Below are positions 21,315-30,483 of a stretch of DNA of 64,000 bases, piece by piece (the first letter of the stretch is position 1; every line of letters begins with the position of its first letter). The DNA lies in NCBI GenBank assembly GCA_965203805.1, contig OZ241917.1:4800001-4864000 (forward strand), read 5' to 3'. The translations under genes were made by a program, and so were the position numbers. The notes below the pieces were generated by a model. It was not told the DNA's origin. It was given only the letters and a program-made list of their open reading frames with translations, and did no database searches. This DNA comes from Candidatus Latescibacterota bacterium (lineage in GTDB: Bacteria; Latescibacterota; UBA2968; GCA-2709665).

Positions 21315-21435
21315 GATTGGCTCATCGGTCTCGGTTCAATCGTTGGGATTTTATACCGCCATTGCGGTCGGAATAGTACCGCAGCCCCCCACCCATGTCA
21401 ATTTCTTTTTCCGTCTTTCGGCGGTGCGCACAACA

Positions 21436-21482
21436 AAAAACGCCCCAATCCAAAGGACTGAGACGCATGCGTCGGGCGTTTT
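21436..21482 (-). terminator. Probable terminator of the minus-strand secreted-protein operon
   Basis: AAAACGCCC...GGGCGTTTT inverted repeat just past the 21493 stop. Confidence 0.45.
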
Positions 21483-21492
21483 GACAGGCGAT

Positions 21493-22683
21493 TCAGGGGC
21501 CGATATCCTCAACGCTTCCGATCTTGTTTCCGGTAGGATCGGTAAACCAGATCCTGCCGATCCGATCAACTGTCAGCCGTCCGACGCCCGAGACCGATGA
21601 CGGCAGTTCAAGAATCCGAATGCTGGAAGCCTCGAGATCGAATCGGGCGATATATTCGGACTGGTCGCCCGCGTACCAGATTCGGCCGTTCGTGTCCGTT
21701 GCCAGCGAGGTTGGATCGGGCCCGTCTTCGGGCAACAAGTAGCTCACGAAATCTCCCGTCCCCAGCAGGTCCCACATGTGCAGCTGATAGGATTCCGTGG
21801 AAAACCATATCTGTCCGCCGGCATCCAGCACGAACTGCCTTATAGTCAGGTTCTGCGCGGGTACCGCGATCTCCACGATCTCCTTCGTTTCCGGATTCAT
21901 ACGGCCGAATTTCCCGGCGGCACGTTCCACAAATACCAGCACGCCTTCACTATCGGTTAGTATCTCATCCAGCCCCGCGGATGGTGTAAACACGGGATAC
22001 TCATCGAACCTGCTTCGATCCGGATCGAAGCGGCCGATCTGGTTGCCGGATTCCTGCGTGAACCAGAGAATCCCCTTTCGGTCGAAAACGAGGCCGCTGG
22101 GTCGGCTTCCCGGCGTGGGTACGGAATACATGCGGATTTCCTGGGAAATCGGATCGAGGCGGCCGATCGCGTTTGCAACGACATCCGTGAACCAGACAAT
22201 CCCGCGGCCGTCGACGACGAGCCGCGTGGGCCGCCCGCCGGGGGTCGGTAACGGATATTCGACGAATGTCTCGGTCGACGGATCGAACCGGCCGATCTGG
22301 TTGGTGCCCGTCTGCGCGAACCAGACTCGGCCCAGGGCATCCACAACGATATCCAGGGGCTGGCTGCCCAGCGTCGGCACCGCATAGATGTCCACGGACC
22401 CTAAAGCGACGTCGTCTGCCACGTGAGTAGGCACCACCGTATGCTGGGCTTTGTCGTAGAGGCGCGCGAAGATCAGAAAATCCTGAAGATCGACGATGTC
22501 GTCCCCGTTCAGGTCGAAGCGTGTATCCCCGGTACCGAATGCCTGCGCCAGAAGGATGAAATCCCCGAAGTCGATCACGTCGTTATTGTCGAAATCGATG
22601 TCGGTTGTGGACTGGGCGAACACGGTCGACAGAAGGATACCGACCAGGAGTGTCCAGACCGCTACTCTTGAAGGAATATTCAT
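21493..22683 (-). CDS. Secreted Vgb-like beta-propeller with N-terminal dockerin/EF-hand-like domain
   Basis: Signal peptide; DFDNNDVIDFGDF and DLNGDDIVDLQDF Ca-binding-type loops; repeated P....D..G..WF.....NxIGRFDP blades. Confidence 0.8.
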   Translation of the reverse strand: MNIPSRVAVWTLLVGILLSTVFAQSTTDIDFDNNDVIDFGDFILLAQAFGTGDTRFDLNGDDIVDLQDFLIFARLYDKAQHTVVPTHVADDVALGSVDIYAVPTLGSQPLDIVVDALGRVWFAQTGTNQIGRFDPSTETFVEYPLPTPGGRPTRLVVDGRGIVWFTDVVANAIGRLDPISQEIRMYSVPTPGSRPSGLVFDRKGILWFTQESGNQIGRFDPDRSRFDEYPVFTPSAGLDEILTDSEGVLVFVERAAGKFGRMNPETKEIVEIAVPAQNLTIRQFVLDAGGQIWFSTESYQLHMWDLLGTGDFVSYLLPEDGPDPTSLATDTNGRIWYAGDQSEYIARFDLEASSIRILELPSSVSGVGRLTVDRIGRIWFTDPTGNKIGSVEDIGP

Positions 22684-22729
22684 ATCTCTCGATCGCAGTC
22701 GTAATTGCGTCAATTGAACGACAAGCGGT

Positions 22730-24211
22730 TCAACCTGTTTCGATTTCCGTGCGGGCAAGTACAAATATGGCCCTGGCAGCTTCCAGGCGCAGGCCCGGTT
22801 CCGCGTCCGTCAGGAACGGGCGAAGCGTCGCCAACTGATTCAGGTCGCGCGACGTCGCCAATCCTCTCAACGCGGCAGCCTGAAGGATCGCTTCTTCGCT
22901 TTGTTCAAGGATCTCGTTCAGTGCCCTGGACGCCTGAACGTGCGAAATATTTCCAAGCGATTCAACGATCGCTTCCCGGATATCCAGCGACGCCTCCTGA
23001 TGAAATGCCCACAAAAGTGTATTGGCCGCCTCGGCGTCGTTGGTTTTGCCCAGAGCCTGCACAACGGCCCGGCGAACGGAAATATCCTCGTCTCGCGAAA
23101 GCGCATTCTTCAGAGCGGGGATCCGTCTGGCATCGCCGATGATTCCCAGAATTTCCGCGGCCCGCTTGCGAAACGGACGGTGCGCGCTCTTCAAATCGGG
23201 TTCCAGTTCCTCCGAAAGCTCAAGCCCATGACCGAGCTTTGCGAGCGACCAGGCCGCGATAAGCCGAAGCGGTTGATTCTCCTGGCTGTAGAAGGCGGAC
23301 CGCAGGAGGTCCACCGCCGTTGAGTCCTGAATCCAACCCAGTCCCTCGGCGGCCAGCAGCCTGTCCATCGCGTCGTCCTCTTCCAGCAGCTGCTTCTTGA
23401 GATAGGCGCCGATTTCCGTCGCGGACAGGCCTCCAAGCGCTTCGAAGCAGCGGATACGCAGGGACTGTTGCCAGCCTTTCTGTTTCGCCACCGTTTCGAG
23501 GTGGCCAATCGCTTCCGTCGTGCCATACGATTCGAGAGCTTCCAGCATGACCAGTGAAGTCGAGAGCTGTTTTGTTTTCTTCAGCGTATCGGCAACAGCG
23601 GACAAGCTTTGCAAATCTCCCAGCCGGGAGAGCGCCAATGCGGCGGAGGATCGTACGACCGGATCGGAATCTTCCCCAAATGCCCGACGCAGCGCCGGAA
23701 CCGTCGACGAGTTCCCCAGTTGACCCAGTGCGGCGGCCGCTTTGGACCGGACCATGCTCATCTGACCATTCCCCAGCGTTTCCGCGAGCCATGGACCCAT
23801 CGTATCGGGATTCAGACGTTCAAGCGCCGCCGCAACTTCCACTTTCACGAAAGCGCTTTCGGTTTTTTCGAACAGGCCGGTGAGTGCGTCGACGGCACCC
23901 GGACCCTTCAGTCTTCCGAGCGCTTCGGCTGCCCGAAGTACCACGATCTGATCAGGATGGTCGAGCAGAGCGAAAAACGCCGGTTGTGCATCCGCGCTGT
24001 CCAGACCGCCAAGGACCGTCACAGCCTCCGCGACCAGGGCGCCGTCCAGTTCGGCGTCGCGGACCAGGCCGAGTACCGTGTTCAACGCGTCTTTTTCGGC
24101 CCGTGCTACTTCCTGCGGGCCGACGCCGCAACTCCATGCCCCGACACAGACCAGAAGGATCCACCCAACTCGGGAAACCGGCCACCCCCGCCCTTGCATT
24201 GACTCACGCAT
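22730..24211 (-). CDS. HEAT/PBS-lyase repeat protein, probable lipoprotein
   Basis: Repeated VR..AA.ALG.LG units; lipobox-like AWSC. Confidence 0.82.
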   Translation of the reverse strand: MRESMQGRGWPVSRVGWILLVCVGAWSCGVGPQEVARAEKDALNTVLGLVRDAELDGALVAEAVTVLGGLDSADAQPAFFALLDHPDQIVVLRAAEALGRLKGPGAVDALTGLFEKTESAFVKVEVAAALERLNPDTMGPWLAETLGNGQMSMVRSKAAAALGQLGNSSTVPALRRAFGEDSDPVVRSSAALALSRLGDLQSLSAVADTLKKTKQLSTSLVMLEALESYGTTEAIGHLETVAKQKGWQQSLRIRCFEALGGLSATEIGAYLKKQLLEEDDAMDRLLAAEGLGWIQDSTAVDLLRSAFYSQENQPLRLIAAWSLAKLGHGLELSEELEPDLKSAHRPFRKRAAEILGIIGDARRIPALKNALSRDEDISVRRAVVQALGKTNDAEAANTLLWAFHQEASLDIREAIVESLGNISHVQASRALNEILEQSEEAILQAAALRGLATSRDLNQLATLRPFLTDAEPGLRLEAARAIFVLARTEIETG

Positions 24212-24213
24212 CC

Positions 24214-25599
24214 CTATTCGACTCCCACCACACAGCGAAACCCGATGTCGGACCGTCTTTCGTCGGTTTCGGCCCAGGCCGCGCCAGTACATTTCGCCCG
24301 TTTTTCATCGTCCAGCCACGAGCCGCCGTAGATCGCACGAAGTTTCCCCTTGTTTCCATACCATCCGTCCACCCATTCCCATACGTTGCCAACCATGTCC
24401 TTAACGCCATAAACGTTGGGGGCTCCCTTTGCCACTTCCGTTGCGCCTGCATCCCAGGACAGGCCCGTTCGGCCCCTGGTGGGATCGTAACGGGTGCCGT
24501 AGGAATAAATATCACCCTTGTCGCCCATGCATGCCGCAACCCACTCCTCAGACGTAGGCAGCCTCTTGCCGAGGGAACCGCAGAAAGCCCGGGCTTGTTC
24601 GTGCGTGATGCCGGTGGCCGGCATTTGAGGGGCGCCCGAAAATTCGTCCGGGCCGTAACTCGGATCGAAGGCCCTGAACGCCTTGACGCTGACTTCGTGG
24701 GGATCGATAAAGAAGGTCTTGAAAGCGGAAGTCTCGATTTTCCGCATGCCTGCGACTTTCCTGGCAAAAGCCGCTGCCACACGTTCCGCTTCGGCAGCAC
24801 GCGCCTGTTCCTCAGCAAGTTCGACCTCCCGGGCCGTTTTTGCCTTTGCTTCGATCTTGGCCCTTCGGGCCGCCTCAGCCGCCCTGATAGCGGCCTTGCG
24901 GCGCGCGGCTTCCCTCCGGACGCGCGCCTGAATTCTGCGCCGGGCTTCCGCCTCTGCGTCTGCCAGCCGAATCCGATCGGCATCCGTTAGAGATCGTGCG
25001 CACCGAAATCCGTAATTCAGCGACTTCAAATCGACTTTCGCCCGTCTGGCTGAGCCGCACCGCGTCAAACTGGGACCATCCGTCCAGGAACCGCCGTAGA
25101 CCTTCTGCATCCCGCGTTCCGCGCCGGCATCGTCCACCCACTCCCACACATTACCCGACATGTCATACAGCCCCGCCTTATTCTTTCCGAAGCTCATCAC
25201 CGCCTTGGGGCCGTCGGTCCAGTTCTTCCGGCCCACCCGCGCGAGGTTGGGGTCGAAGTTGTTCCCGTAGGCATAAGCCGATCCCTCGAGGCCGCCGCAG
25301 GCCACGACCCACTCGTCGGACGTCGGCAGGCGTTTACCCTGCGCCTCGCAATACGCTTTTGCCTGCGTGAACGAGATTGCCGTGGCCGGCATCTTCGCAT
25401 CCTCGAAATAGGTGTAAGCCGGGTGATAGTCCGGATCGAACGCCTTCATCTGCTCGACCGTCACTTCGTGCCTGCTCATATAGAATCGTTCCTGCCCGGA
25501 CTGCACGAGTACCATTTCATCTCCGGACGGCTGAGCGGGAACCGCCGCCGGAATGAACCCACCCGCGACCACTATCGCGAAATGTGCTAGCCACCGCAC
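24214..25599 (-). CDS. Secreted protein with two FGE-sulfatase (SUMF1/C-type-lectin fold) domains joined by an Ala/Arg/Glu coiled coil
   Basis: Two sets of HEV, KRLPT..EW, DM.GNVWEW, GGSW and GFRC motifs. Confidence 0.85.
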   Translation of the reverse strand: MRWLAHFAIVVAGGFIPAAVPAQPSGDEMVLVQSGQERFYMSRHEVTVEQMKAFDPDYHPAYTYFEDAKMPATAISFTQAKAYCEAQGKRLPTSDEWVVACGGLEGSAYAYGNNFDPNLARVGRKNWTDGPKAVMSFGKNKAGLYDMSGNVWEWVDDAGAERGMQKVYGGSWTDGPSLTRCGSARRAKVDLKSLNYGFRCARSLTDADRIRLADAEAEARRRIQARVRREAARRKAAIRAAEAARRAKIEAKAKTAREVELAEEQARAAEAERVAAAFARKVAGMRKIETSAFKTFFIDPHEVSVKAFRAFDPSYGPDEFSGAPQMPATGITHEQARAFCGSLGKRLPTSEEWVAACMGDKGDIYSYGTRYDPTRGRTGLSWDAGATEVAKGAPNVYGVKDMVGNVWEWVDGWYGNKGKLRAIYGGSWLDDEKRAKCTGAAWAETDERRSDIGFRCVVGVE

Positions 25600-25600
25600 C

Positions 25601-26596
25601 TCAAAATTCCCCGAGCAATTCCTGACGTTCGTCGCCTTCGCCAATAATCAGGCTGATGTCCCATTCGTATTGGCCGTTGGCCGGCGCCACGCCGCAGGCT
25701 TTCAATCCCCACGCGGTATCCAGGCGATCGACCTGCGATGTGGAGGGCTCCAGCGCCGCGTGGTGGAGGTTGTTCCATCCGCCTTCGTTTATCCACAAGC
25801 CCAGATGCGAGAGCTTTTTGGCCGGAAACAGGAAACCGATAAATTCCCCGTTCGGATAAACCAGCGCGCAGCGGCCCTGCTCCAGTCGCGTGGAAAAAAG
25901 CTTCTCGGCCTCTTTCGTACGACTGGACCGGATCGAGGACCGGTTATATTCCTTGTCCAGGGTCAGATCCGTTACTTTGGGCCAGACATGCGGTGTCATT
26001 GGCGGCCCGAGACGGTCTTCCGTACTCATATAGGAGACAACGTCGGTTCCGGAAGGCATCAGGACGCGCGAGCGGGTTTCCACCTTGAACAGCGGGTGGA
26101 ACGCATAGACGAACGGCATTTCAAAAGGGCTTTCATTCTGAACAGTGTAAGAAAACCGAATATACGGCTTTTCGCCGCGCGCCAGCGTTTCGAAGCGGAC
26201 CTCGCGTTTAAACACGTAGGGAAGCCGCACGCCTCTCACCCACATCTGCAGGCGTCCCTGTTTGAATTCGTACTCCCATGGAAGCGTCCATACCTCTCCA
26301 TGATCCGGAACCGGCGTACCCTCCCAGGGAAAAGCCGGATATGGACAGGCTTCGACTGTGGGGAAACACTCGTCCGCGCCGTCGCGTTCGTAATTCTCAA
26401 AGCGGTCCGCGTAGGCCCGGCGCCTGTAAGGTATGCTGGTGCGTGAAAGAAACTCACGTCCGGTTGCCTTATTGACGAGTGAGGTTATCTTGCCACCCAG
26501 TTCGGGTACCACAACGAGGGAGAAGAATTCGGTGTCGAGCTTTATTCCCGAAATGTCCGGCGTGAGCTCCACTTCTTCCAGCTTGGATTTATTCAT
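25601..26596 (-). CDS. Galactose mutarotase-like protein
   Basis: VPELGGKITSL, G.DECFPT, PDHGE.W, F.YAFHPLF and ALEP motifs. Confidence 0.72.
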   Translation of the reverse strand: MNKSKLEEVELTPDISGIKLDTEFFSLVVVPELGGKITSLVNKATGREFLSRTSIPYRRRAYADRFENYERDGADECFPTVEACPYPAFPWEGTPVPDHGEVWTLPWEYEFKQGRLQMWVRGVRLPYVFKREVRFETLARGEKPYIRFSYTVQNESPFEMPFVYAFHPLFKVETRSRVLMPSGTDVVSYMSTEDRLGPPMTPHVWPKVTDLTLDKEYNRSSIRSSRTKEAEKLFSTRLEQGRCALVYPNGEFIGFLFPAKKLSHLGLWINEGGWNNLHHAALEPSTSQVDRLDTAWGLKACGVAPANGQYEWDISLIIGEGDERQELLGEF

Positions 26597-26702
26597 GCTG
26601 TCGTATCCTTTTTCGTCGCATTAAGGACCGAACGGCCGGAGGTCATTCTCGGGGACACGTTGGTTTGACGCACTGCGCAGCGAACCTGTTCCACGAATCC
26701 TC

Positions 26703-27668
26703 CTACGGAGGTCGTACGGGAATCCTCTGGTGAACCAGACGGCCGATCTGTGCAACTCCGAGCAAATCGAAATACTCCCGATCGTCGTCTCGTGGGCGAA
26801 AGGGAACGTATTCAAGCATCCGCGCCAGTACGCTGTTTTGCTTGGCGACTTCCTCCGGTATGGGAATGTTGAGCCGCCTCATCACGGTCCTCATCCGTAC
26901 CCTTCCTTTACGTATCCATCCGCCGTCGTACGTGATGTCGAGCGATCCTTGCGCCGTGCGGATGATAGGGACCGGATGCTCGGCCAGTTTCAGGTCTCGC
27001 AGTGAGGTCTCGTATACTGCAATCTTGTAGGCATTCGGACTCCCATGCTCGTCGTATCCGTCCGGATAGAGCGGTTCCTCGGCCACCATCGTTCCCAGTC
27101 TTTCGTAGAGTTCCTCGGTGCCAAGCGCTGTCGCTTCCAGACTGTAGAGCGATTCCCTGCTTTCGACGTGGAAGATCTCCACGCGGAGATTCAGATGCAT
27201 CCCCTCGAACGGAGAAGACCAGCTGAAGCCGCCGAAATCGCCGATCCTGTGGCTGCGTTTTATATAGTAGTGCGCCACACACACGGCGTCCACGTTCCGG
27301 GCCCGGTCGATCACTTCTCCGAGTTGCAATCCGTTCCAGCCGCCCTGGTGTCTTACCTGATATCCTCTGGCTTGAAGCGCGGCGCGGATCGTTTCGTAGA
27401 GCCGGAGTTCGTACCGGGGCGGCATCCGAAACGGGTCCCCCTGCAACTGGCGGCTGAATCCCAACACGACTCGTCCGGCGTACCGGAGCCCGAGGTCCGG
27501 ATCCCGGTCCGACGCCAATACAATGAGGCCTATCCGTTCGGGCCGATAGCGCGCAAAGGCCGCCGCCGCCGAACTCGTGCCTTCGGCGAAAGCCTCCTTC
27601 CTTACTTCTCCGGACTCGCAAGGCGCCGCCACGATACACGATAACCCGAACAAAATCAAAAAACGCAC
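26703..27668 (-). CDS. Hypothetical exported protein
   Basis: 321-aa ORF in a minus-strand run; signal-peptide-like N-terminus. Confidence 0.6.
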   Translation of the reverse strand: MRFLILFGLSCIVAAPCESGEVRKEAFAEGTSSAAAAFARYRPERIGLIVLASDRDPDLGLRYAGRVVLGFSRQLQGDPFRMPPRYELRLYETIRAALQARGYQVRHQGGWNGLQLGEVIDRARNVDAVCVAHYYIKRSHRIGDFGGFSWSSPFEGMHLNLRVEIFHVESRESLYSLEATALGTEELYERLGTMVAEEPLYPDGYDEHGSPNAYKIAVYETSLRDLKLAEHPVPIIRTAQGSLDITYDGGWIRKGRVRMRTVMRRLNIPIPEEVAKQNSVLARMLEYVPFRPRDDDREYFDLLGVAQIGRLVHQRIPVRPP

Positions 27669-27682
27669 ACACGCCCCCGGTT

Positions 27683-29002
27683 TCAGTTGTTGTGCTTCAG
27701 GCCATCCAGCAATTCGAGCGTCGCGGATTTGATCAATCGTTCGCAGGCCGACGTTATCATCAAGGTGCCGTAATATCGAAACGCGTGATCAACCTCGTAT
27801 CCGCCCTCCGGAAACGCCCCCGCCGTCGGCACGTATCCGATGCATCCGTTGCTGTACGCCAGCGTAAACGTCTTTTCGAACGGCGCCGCCCGATCCATTT
27901 CCAGCTGATAGTCCACGAACATCTCGCCGGGATAAGCCACGAGCGCCGCCTCGCCGATGCGCATCGCCTGAATCTCGAACGCTTCCGGGCGGGGACGCCG
28001 GTTCCGCGCGGCGCGCAGATAGTCTTCCGCCCACTGGATCTGGCCGCGGTACTGACGAATGAGATAGCCGGTTGCGTCGGGTTCCTGCTCTGCCTGCCTT
28101 ACCCGTGTCTTCTGCTCCTCGAGCGCGCGTTCCGCCTCGTCTGCCGGCGGGATTCTAGTGGGCAGATGGATCACCTGGCTGGCTGCATCCAGTCGATTCG
28201 ACCGCAACGCTTCGGAGCCCCGGGCAGCGGCGACGGCTGCCTCGCCCAGCAGTTCGCCTTGCCGCATGGATGTCCGCAACGTGCCGTCCATCGGCGTACA
28301 GTTGATGTCGCCGCAACAGCCCTGCGCAAACATCGGCAGCGCGCCGTCCAATTCACGACGGATCGTCTGCGCCGCATATCCCGGAAATTCCGCGCTGAAT
28401 GCCAGGCCCCGCAGGTTGACGGGATGGGCCGCCGTCGCATATAGAAGCCCGAGTGCGGATCCCGACCGACGGTCGATGCGCAGCACGTCCACCCAGGGGG
28501 CTTCGGGGCCCTCCGGGTTGTGTCCGATCGTCATGCGTCCGTCTCGTACGGCGCGGCGGTTATGGGCGATCCTGACGGGAGCGCGTCCAATTCGAAGCGA
28601 AACGGCTTCAAGCCGGTCCGCGGCCATCCGGACGGCGCCTGCCACCTGCCGGCAAAGCACATCTTCGTATGCGCTGTCACGCAGGCCCATGCTGCGAAAC
28701 GACATCACCGTGGGGCCGGAATGAGAGTGCGATCCGTTCAACAACAGGGCAGAACCGGGTACTCCCGCCCCGCGATCGACCAGAATCCGTATCCGCTGAA
28801 CGAGGTCGGGCGCAAACGAAATCAGATCCGACGTTACGATCGCCAGTCGCGTGCGGCCGTCGTCGAGTACCAGCGCGCGTGCGAACAGGTTGTCGTAAAC
28901 CGTTTCTGCCGGCCCCGCCCGGTTTCCGAATCCGCACAGTGACATGCCGATTGGCGGCGTAATGTTGACCTCGGCAACGCCGGCCTTCAGTTCGTCCGCC
29001 AC
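27683..29002 (-). CDS. Neutral/alkaline ceramidase-like amidohydrolase
   Basis: ITPP.G, L.ARAL, SHSHSGP, QG..GD.N, PGE.F and GYVPT..F..GGYE motifs. Confidence 0.8.
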   Translation of the reverse strand: MADELKAGVAEVNITPPIGMSLCGFGNRAGPAETVYDNLFARALVLDDGRTRLAIVTSDLISFAPDLVQRIRILVDRGAGVPGSALLLNGSHSHSGPTVMSFRSMGLRDSAYEDVLCRQVAGAVRMAADRLEAVSLRIGRAPVRIAHNRRAVRDGRMTIGHNPEGPEAPWVDVLRIDRRSGSALGLLYATAAHPVNLRGLAFSAEFPGYAAQTIRRELDGALPMFAQGCCGDINCTPMDGTLRTSMRQGELLGEAAVAAARGSEALRSNRLDAASQVIHLPTRIPPADEAERALEEQKTRVRQAEQEPDATGYLIRQYRGQIQWAEDYLRAARNRRPRPEAFEIQAMRIGEAALVAYPGEMFVDYQLEMDRAAPFEKTFTLAYSNGCIGYVPTAGAFPEGGYEVDHAFRYYGTLMITSACERLIKSATLELLDGLKHNN

Positions 29003-29041
29003 GGGGACCTCCCAACCCGATCACGCAGACCGCTTATCCGG

Positions 29042-30073
29042 CTAAAACTGCCCGTTACGGGCTTCGTACTTGGTTGGCTTGCCAAGCGTCGGGCCACCAT
29101 TCATCACCCAGGCAGCCACCCATTCCATCATCTCGTCGGACGAGGTCCGGGGCAGTCCCATGAGATCGAACAACGCCCGGGAATTGCCCAGCAGGGCTGT
29201 CGGACGCTCCTCGCCCTCGAATGCCGGCGCCCGCCCCATCAGCGCGCCGAGCTTAAGCGCGACGTCTCGCACCTGCAGCAGATCGGGACCGGTCAGATTG
29301 AGCACCCGGGCGGGGCTCTCGCACAGCGGAAAGCTCCGTGCAAGATAGGCGTTCGCGTCGCCCTGCCAGATCTGGTTTACATATCCCATGTTCAGGTCGA
29401 TCGGTTGTCCGCTCCAAATCCTCTGGGCGATGTCCAGAAACACGCCGTAGCGCAACTCCGTTGCGTAGAACAACCGGATAACGGCGAGCGGCGTTCCGTT
29501 CCGCTCCGCGTAGTATGCCGCGAGCCGCTCGCCCCCGAGGCGGGACTGAGCGTATTCCCCGATCGGATCCAGCGGCGACGACTCCACGGAGCCGCCCGTG
29601 TCCGGAGAGACAAACCGGTAGACGTTCCCCGAGGACACATACACGATCCTGGCGTCTGGAAACCGCTGCATCACCTTTCCGGGAAGCAGTGCGTTCATGG
29701 CCCAGGTCAGGGGCTCGTTCCCGGTGGAACCGAATTTGTGTCCCGCCAGCAGGATAATGTGACCCGCGTCGGGCAGACCTCGCAGCGCATCGTCGTCAAT
29801 CAGGTCGCAGCGTACGGTCCGTATGCCGCGGGCTTCCAGGTAGTCCCGATCGGACGGATTGGAAAAACGCGAAACCCCGATGACGCCGCTGGCGCCCGAT
29901 CGCACCATAAGCTCGCCCAGCGTCAACCCCATCTTGCCGGCAATGCCCAGGATCATCACCTCGCCGTCGATTCCGGATACAGCCTCCTGCACCTCGGGAA
30001 TCGGTTGCGTCATCCGATCGACCAGCGCGGTTTCGTTCTCTATGGGATCAAAGGCAAACTTCGACAATTCCAT
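29042..30073 (-). CDS. NAD-dependent epimerase/dehydratase family protein
   Basis: G.AGKMG, G.KFGS, SSGNVY and GEYAQS motifs. Confidence 0.82.
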   Translation of the reverse strand: MELSKFAFDPIENETALVDRMTQPIPEVQEAVSGIDGEVMILGIAGKMGLTLGELMVRSGASGVIGVSRFSNPSDRDYLEARGIRTVRCDLIDDDALRGLPDAGHIILLAGHKFGSTGNEPLTWAMNALLPGKVMQRFPDARIVYVSSGNVYRFVSPDTGGSVESSPLDPIGEYAQSRLGGERLAAYYAERNGTPLAVIRLFYATELRYGVFLDIAQRIWSGQPIDLNMGYVNQIWQGDANAYLARSFPLCESPARVLNLTGPDLLQVRDVALKLGALMGRAPAFEGEERPTALLGNSRALFDLMGLPRTSSDEMMEWVAAWVMNGGPTLGKPTKYEARNGQF

Positions 30074-30365
30074 CGCCGTTCCCTCAGTTGCTGGACTCCC
30101 GCGCACACCGCGTCCGTCCAATAGACCGGCCGCAGGGGACGATGACGACATTTCGCCGACGCCGGTCGCAGTGAACCGCCCGGGCCGTTTCTCGATCCGA
30201 AGTCCTTTTCGTCCGCGGGCGGAAATTCATAAGAAGATATTTTAAATCAATGCACCATTTTATTAACAAAACTAACGTCTTGTAGACTAGACTATACAAT
30301 ATAGACCGTAAGTCCTTCTCATACAACCGAAATCTGGAGTGCGCATGCATGGGGAGGCAAAAGAG

Positions 30366-30394
30366 TTGACTTTGATTCGACAGAATCATACGTT
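30366..30394 (+). promoter_or_regulatory. Putative sigma70 promoter with operator-like palindrome
   Basis: TTGACT-N17-TACGTT; the spacer holds TGATTC-GACA-GAATCA; AT-rich upstream region. Confidence 0.5.
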
Positions 30395-30483
30395 AATTCA
30401 ATCCCGCGTTCCTGAGAAAGCCGGACTTCGGGTCCGGTGTGAAGGCAGGAATGCCCGTTTCCCGAGGGGACGGTATATCAGCT

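Noticed and set aside
24214-25599. Diversity-generating retroelement target (C-lectin/FGE fold)
   Set aside because: No reverse transcriptase or template repeat in the window; the two domains differ at all base types
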